DNA of 64,000 nucleotides from Parvibaculaceae bacterium (lineage in GTDB: Bacteria > Pseudomonadota > Alphaproteobacteria > Rhizobiales > Aestuariivirgaceae). Positions 59,972 to 64,000 of this stretch are shown here, piece after piece. How positions within the stretch are numbered: the stretch's first letter is position 1; the number at the start of each line of letters is the position of its first letter. The notes beneath the pieces are model-generated. The model made no database searches. It was not told where the DNA came from and saw only the letters and a program-made list of their open reading frames with translations. Location: the NCBI GenBank assembly GCA_050246735.1, contig JBFWVM010000001.1, forward strand, positions 338,004 through 402,003, in the 5' to 3' direction. The translations under genes were made by a program, and so were the position numbers.

Positions 59972-60799
59972 CTACTTCGCCCGGCCGAACAGCAGCCAGA
60001 ATGCCGTGGAGACGAGGAGCAGGCTCGCGGCGAGTATGAGAGTGGAGAGCGAGAAGACCAGCGGCACATTGGAGGTATGAGCGCTCGCCTGCGCCCATTC
60101 GTAGAGCGGAAGCGTGGTGATGCTGCCGCGCAGCAGAATGGAGCGGGAGAATTCGTTGAAGGAGAGCAGAAATCCGAAGAGCGCCGCCGCGACCACTCCC
60201 GGATAGATGAGGGGCAGCTCGACATCCCAGAACGCCCGCCAGGGGGAAGCGCCGAGGTCGCCCGCCGCCTCGCGCAGCCGCGCGTCGAACCGCGTGGTGC
60301 TGATCAGAAGGGCGAGCAGCGCAAACGGAAACGCCCATGCGAAATGTCCGATCATGACGGCCCAGGAGCCCATCCTGAAGCCGAGCGCCACCCGATAGTA
60401 GATGAACAGACCGACGCCCATCAGCACGCCCGGAATGAAGAGCGGCAGCAGGAACAGCACGATAGGCATGCCGCGGTTCCTCATCGCGGGAATGATTCTT
60501 CCTACCGCGAGGGCCATGACTGCGCAAGCCAAGCCCACGAGGCAGCCGAGGAGCATGCTGGTCCACAACGGATCGACCCATCTCAGGTCGGTGAAGAGCT
60601 TCCGGTACCATTCGAGGGTCGGCCGGCCCGGAATGCCGCTCAGCGGCTCCGGACTGAACGACATGAGCGCCAGCCACAGCATCGGCAGGTAGGAGAGCGC
60701 GAGCATCGCGACCCCCGCCGCGGCGGCAAGGCGGCCGAGCCGCCGCTCCGTCGCGTCGCCCTGGAAACGAAACTGTCGCGGCGCGCCGTCGACGCTCAT
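59972..60799 (-). CDS. PotC-like ABC permease
   Basis: LREAAGDLGASP EAA loop; SFNEF; TLPL. Confidence 0.9.
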   Translation of the reverse strand: MSVDGAPRQFRFQGDATERRLGRLAAAAGVAMLALSYLPMLWLALMSFSPEPLSGIPGRPTLEWYRKLFTDLRWVDPLWTSMLLGCLVGLACAVMALAVGRIIPAMRNRGMPIVLFLLPLFIPGVLMGVGLFIYYRVALGFRMGSWAVMIGHFAWAFPFALLALLISTTRFDARLREAAGDLGASPWRAFWDVELPLIYPGVVAAALFGFLLSFNEFSRSILLRGSITTLPLYEWAQASAHTSNVPLVFSLSTLILAASLLLVSTAFWLLFGRAK

Positions 60800-61659
60800 C
60801 GTCTCAGGCCTTCGAAGGCTGCGCCGAACGAGACATGACGCGGAGCGGCCAGCCGCATGACGACCAGGAACAGCGAGAGGATGAGGAGGACGATCACCGA
60901 CAGGGCCGCGGCCACCGGATAGTTCAGCACCTGAACGAGGCTCGAGATGGTCGTGCCGAGCATGGTGACGTTGCTGCCACCGAGAAGCTGCGGTACCACG
61001 GTCTCGCCGAGCATCGGCACGAAGGTGAAGACGATGCCGGCGACGATGCCCGGCATGGACAGCGGCAGGATGACGTCCTGAAACACCCGGTGGGGTGCTC
61101 CGCCGAGATCGCGTCCGGCCTCTATGAGGTCGTCGTCGATCAAGGCCATCGCCATGAAGATCGGCAGCACCATGGGCGGGAAGCCCGGCCCCAGCAGCCC
61201 CAGATGCACCGCGAATTCCGAAAAGAGCAATGAATCGATCGGCCGGTCGACGAGCCCGAGGTCGATCAGGATCGTGTTGATGAAGCCCGTGCGCCCGAGG
61301 ACCGGCCGGAAGACTATCGTCCGGGCGGCGAGGCTTATGAAGAATGGAATGGTCAGCAGCGCCAGGGCCAGCGACTGCACGGTTGGAGACCTCACCCCCT
61401 TGGCCAGCCACAGGGCGACCGGGACGGCGACGACAAGCTCGATCGCGGTGACGGTGGCGGCGATGCGCAGGGTGGCGACGGTGACGTTGTAGCGCCCGGA
61501 CTGGAAGACCTGTTGATAGGCGTCCCAGGTCGGGGACAGAACGAAGTGATAGTCCTCGAGGCGAAGGAAGGACCAGAGGAGGAGGGAAGCGACCGGAATC
61601 AGGACGACCACGACCCACAGGGCGATGATCGCCCAAAGCAGATAGCGAGCCCTCGTCAT
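60796..61659 (-). CDS. PotB-like ABC permease
   Basis: LIEAGRDLGGAP; PLSMPG; NYPVAAALS. Confidence 0.9.
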   Translation of the reverse strand: MTRARYLLWAIIALWVVVVLIPVASLLLWSFLRLEDYHFVLSPTWDAYQQVFQSGRYNVTVATLRIAATVTAIELVVAVPVALWLAKGVRSPTVQSLALALLTIPFFISLAARTIVFRPVLGRTGFINTILIDLGLVDRPIDSLLFSEFAVHLGLLGPGFPPMVLPIFMAMALIDDDLIEAGRDLGGAPHRVFQDVILPLSMPGIVAGIVFTFVPMLGETVVPQLLGGSNVTMLGTTISSLVQVLNYPVAAALSVIVLLILSLFLVVMRLAAPRHVSFGAAFEGLRR

Positions 61660-61690
61660 GTCGGTTCCCGTCCTCCTGCTTCCGTTCGCC

Positions 61691-62860
61691 TCAAGCCGAG
61701 CGGAAGCGGTCGAACTCCGCTTCGATCGCCTGCACATGGGTCGGCGTCGCATTCTGCCAGAAGTCCGGAACCTTGAAGCGTTCATTGATCTGAGCGATCT
61801 TGCCCGAGATGGCTTCAATATCCTCAGCCGAGAAGCCGTGGTCCTTGGCATATTGCATGCCAGCCTCTGAGCGCGCCGTCGCGTAGCCGCGCAGGACGGC
61901 GATGCGCGCGGCATAGGCGCCGCCGAGGAAGCCCTCCAGCGCCCTTGCGACGACCGCCTGGCCGCCGCGGTCGACGACCTGCGAAGGCACATAGGCGCAG
62001 ATCACCCACTTGTTGTATCCTTCCCTGGTCGAGGCGTAGCGGATGTTCATTCCCTTGCGCTGCAGTTCCTTCACCGCCGGCTCCCAGCAGTTGGCGACGA
62101 TCACTTCCTTGCGTGTGAAAAGGTCGATCGATTCCTCCCAAGTGGACCACAGCGTCCGGAACTGGCCGGCGCGCTTGCGCTCGATCAGATAGTCGGCCAC
62201 CGCCTTCGCCTCTTCTGGCGTCATGTCGGAGACGTCCTTTATGGGCATCAGGCCCTTGGCCTTCACGACCATGGCGGCCATGGGAAAGGTCGTGAGCCAG
62301 GTGTTCTCGAGGCCGACCCTGCCCCTGGTCTTGTCGCTTTCGAATACGAGAGACCACGAGAGAGGCTCGTCCTCGCCGATCTCGTCGACGACGTAGCCGA
62401 AGCCGTCGGCGTTCATGACGACCGGAAGACCGTACTGGGTGCCGTCCGGCGCCAGCGCCAGGGGCGATTTCAGGATCTCCGGCGGCACCGACGGCCAGCT
62501 CGGGACGCCATCGCCGGTGATCGGCATGAAAAAGCCCTTCACGCCGAGGTCGTCTTCTATGCCGCCGTCCATGAGCAGGATGTCGAAGCGTTCGCCGGCC
62601 GCGTTCGCCACGACCTCCTGGCGGAATACGCCGGGGTCGCTCGACAGGCTGGTGAACTCGACCGTGAGGCCCGTTTCCTTCTCGAAGTCGGACCAGTCGT
62701 CCAGCGCTGCGGTGGAGACGCCCATGATCCGCACCACGTTCTCCTGGGCCGCCGCGCCGCGGACGAGGCCCGGCATGGCCAGCACAGCAGCGGCGCCGGC
62801 GGTGCCCTTGAGAACGCGCCTTCGAGACGCGCGGCACGCAGAAAGCATGCGATCCTTCAT
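61691..62860 (-). CDS. PotD/PotF-like substrate-binding protein with Tat signal
   Basis: SRRRVLKG twin-arginine motif; EPLSWSL; KEVIVANCW. Confidence 0.85.
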   Translation of the reverse strand: MKDRMLSACRASRRRVLKGTAGAAAVLAMPGLVRGAAAQENVVRIMGVSTAALDDWSDFEKETGLTVEFTSLSSDPGVFRQEVVANAAGERFDILLMDGGIEDDLGVKGFFMPITGDGVPSWPSVPPEILKSPLALAPDGTQYGLPVVMNADGFGYVVDEIGEDEPLSWSLVFESDKTRGRVGLENTWLTTFPMAAMVVKAKGLMPIKDVSDMTPEEAKAVADYLIERKRAGQFRTLWSTWEESIDLFTRKEVIVANCWEPAVKELQRKGMNIRYASTREGYNKWVICAYVPSQVVDRGGQAVVARALEGFLGGAYAARIAVLRGYATARSEAGMQYAKDHGFSAEDIEAISGKIAQINERFKVPDFWQNATPTHVQAIEAEFDRFRSA

Positions 62861-62877
62861 TTTCGGTTTCCTCCCTT

Positions 62878-64000
62878 CTACATATTGAGCTTCGGTCGGC
62901 CCTGGCCGGCCGTTTCCGGCGCCATCGTCGCGTTTGCTTCATTCCAGGCGACGAAAACCTCTCCGGAAACATTGCGATCCTGGTCCCACAGGCGCGCCTG
63001 GATGGTGCCTATGGGCGTTTCGACGATGTTGTCGGTGTACTTGCCCTTGTAGACGCTGGTGAGGACGCGTCCGCGGAGCGCCATGCCGCCCGGTGGCGGC
63101 TTCTCGCCGAAGAGCCGCACCTTTTCCGCACGCACCATGAGCGAGACACGCTGTCCGGGAGAGGGCGGCTGCGCGCCCGTCCAGGCCCCGGCGAGCCGAT
63201 GGCCATCCACCGCGATCCCGATCCGGCCGGGGGCGATGGACTCGACCGTGCCGGCAAGAACATTCTCCACGCCCATGAATCGGCCCACGAAGCTGGAGCA
63301 GGGACGCTCGAACAGTTCCTGCGGGGGGCCTTCCTGGGCAATTCGGCCGCGGCTCATCAGCACGACGCGATCGCTCATCGTCAGGGCTTCTTCCTGGCTG
63401 TGGGTGATGTAGACGAACGTCATGCCGAGGCGGCGCTGCAACTCGACGAGCTCGATCTGCATTTCCAGCCGCAGGCTTTCGTCGAGCGAGCCCAGCGGCT
63501 CGTCGAGCAGGAGGATGTCCGGCTCGGTGACGATCGAGCGGGCGAGCGCGACGCGCTGGCGTTCGCCGCCCGACAGCTGGTGGATGCGGCGATCGTGCTT
63601 GCCCGGCAGACGAACGGTCTCGAGCATCCGCAGCGCACGCTTGCGGCGCGTCCTGGCATCGATGCCCCGAAGCTTGAGGCCATACTCGATGTTCTCGCCG
63701 ACGCTCATGTGAGGAAAGAGGGCGAAATGCTGGAAGACGGTGGTCACATTGCGCTTGTGCGGGGGCCGGCCGAGCACGTCCTTGCCGCCGATCCGCAGCG
63801 CCGCCACCATGGTGGGATGGTCCAGGCCGGCGATGATGCGCAGCAGCGTCGTCTTTCCCGATCCGCTTTCGCCCAGGATGGTCAGAAACTCGCCGCGCCG
63901 CGCCCGCACGGTGACGTCGTCGAGCGCCTTGACCACGCCGCCGAACTCACGGCTTGCCCGCACGACCTCCAATGCGAAGTCCGCCGGGTCCTCCCGGCCA
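62878..64000 (-). CDS. PotA-like ABC ATPase (start probably beyond window)
   Basis: GESGSGKT, LSGGERQRVALA, LLDEPL; frame open to window edge. Confidence 0.93.
   Translation of the reverse strand, partial: GREDPADFALEVVRASREFGGVVKALDDVTVRARRGEFLTILGESGSGKTTLLRIIAGLDHPTMVAALRIGGKDVLGRPPHKRNVTTVFQHFALFPHMSVGENIEYGLKLRGIDARTRRKRALRMLETVRLPGKHDRRIHQLSGGERQRVALARSIVTEPDILLLDEPLGSLDESLRLEMQIELVELQRRLGMTFVYITHSQEEALTMSDRVVLMSRGRIAQEGPPQELFERPCSSFVGRFMGVENVLAGTVESIAPGRIGIAVDGHRLAGAWTGAQPPSPGQRVSLMVRAEKVRLFGEKPPPGGMALRGRVLTSVYKGKYTDNIVETPIGTIQARLWDQDRNVSGEVFVAWNEANATMAPETAGQGRPKLNM

Overview
High-GC alphaproteobacterial chromosome, most likely Hyphomicrobiales/Rhizobiales. The core backbone is trxB-lsrB/vtlR-lrp, greA-carB, carA-yqeY and dnaG-rpoD, with accessory genes between them. 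The left end is a cobalamin-regulated cluster: three B12 riboswitches control a Rieske oxygenase with a 67-aa partner, cbtBA, and a BtuFCD-like ABC transporter, next to metE. The middle holds small secreted-protein genes and a candidate sRNA/sORF that share an upstream motif, a CruR/CutF-like RGPP uORF leading a PepSY-PCuAC-SCO copper operon, and an hxlAB (RuMP) pair. The strongest anomaly is at dnaG. A complete, AT-rich, foreign-looking primase occupies the native position. A second, still-open Rhizobiales-type DnaG C-terminal fragment lies between it and rpoD, and toxin-antitoxin remnants flank the locus. The right end encodes regulators, transporters and an uncharacterised GS-like/N-formylglutamate amidohydrolase/isochorismatase/polyamine-type ABC operon. 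No tRNA, rRNA, CRISPR array or transposase was recognised. All family calls come from motif recognition by eye, not from database searches.
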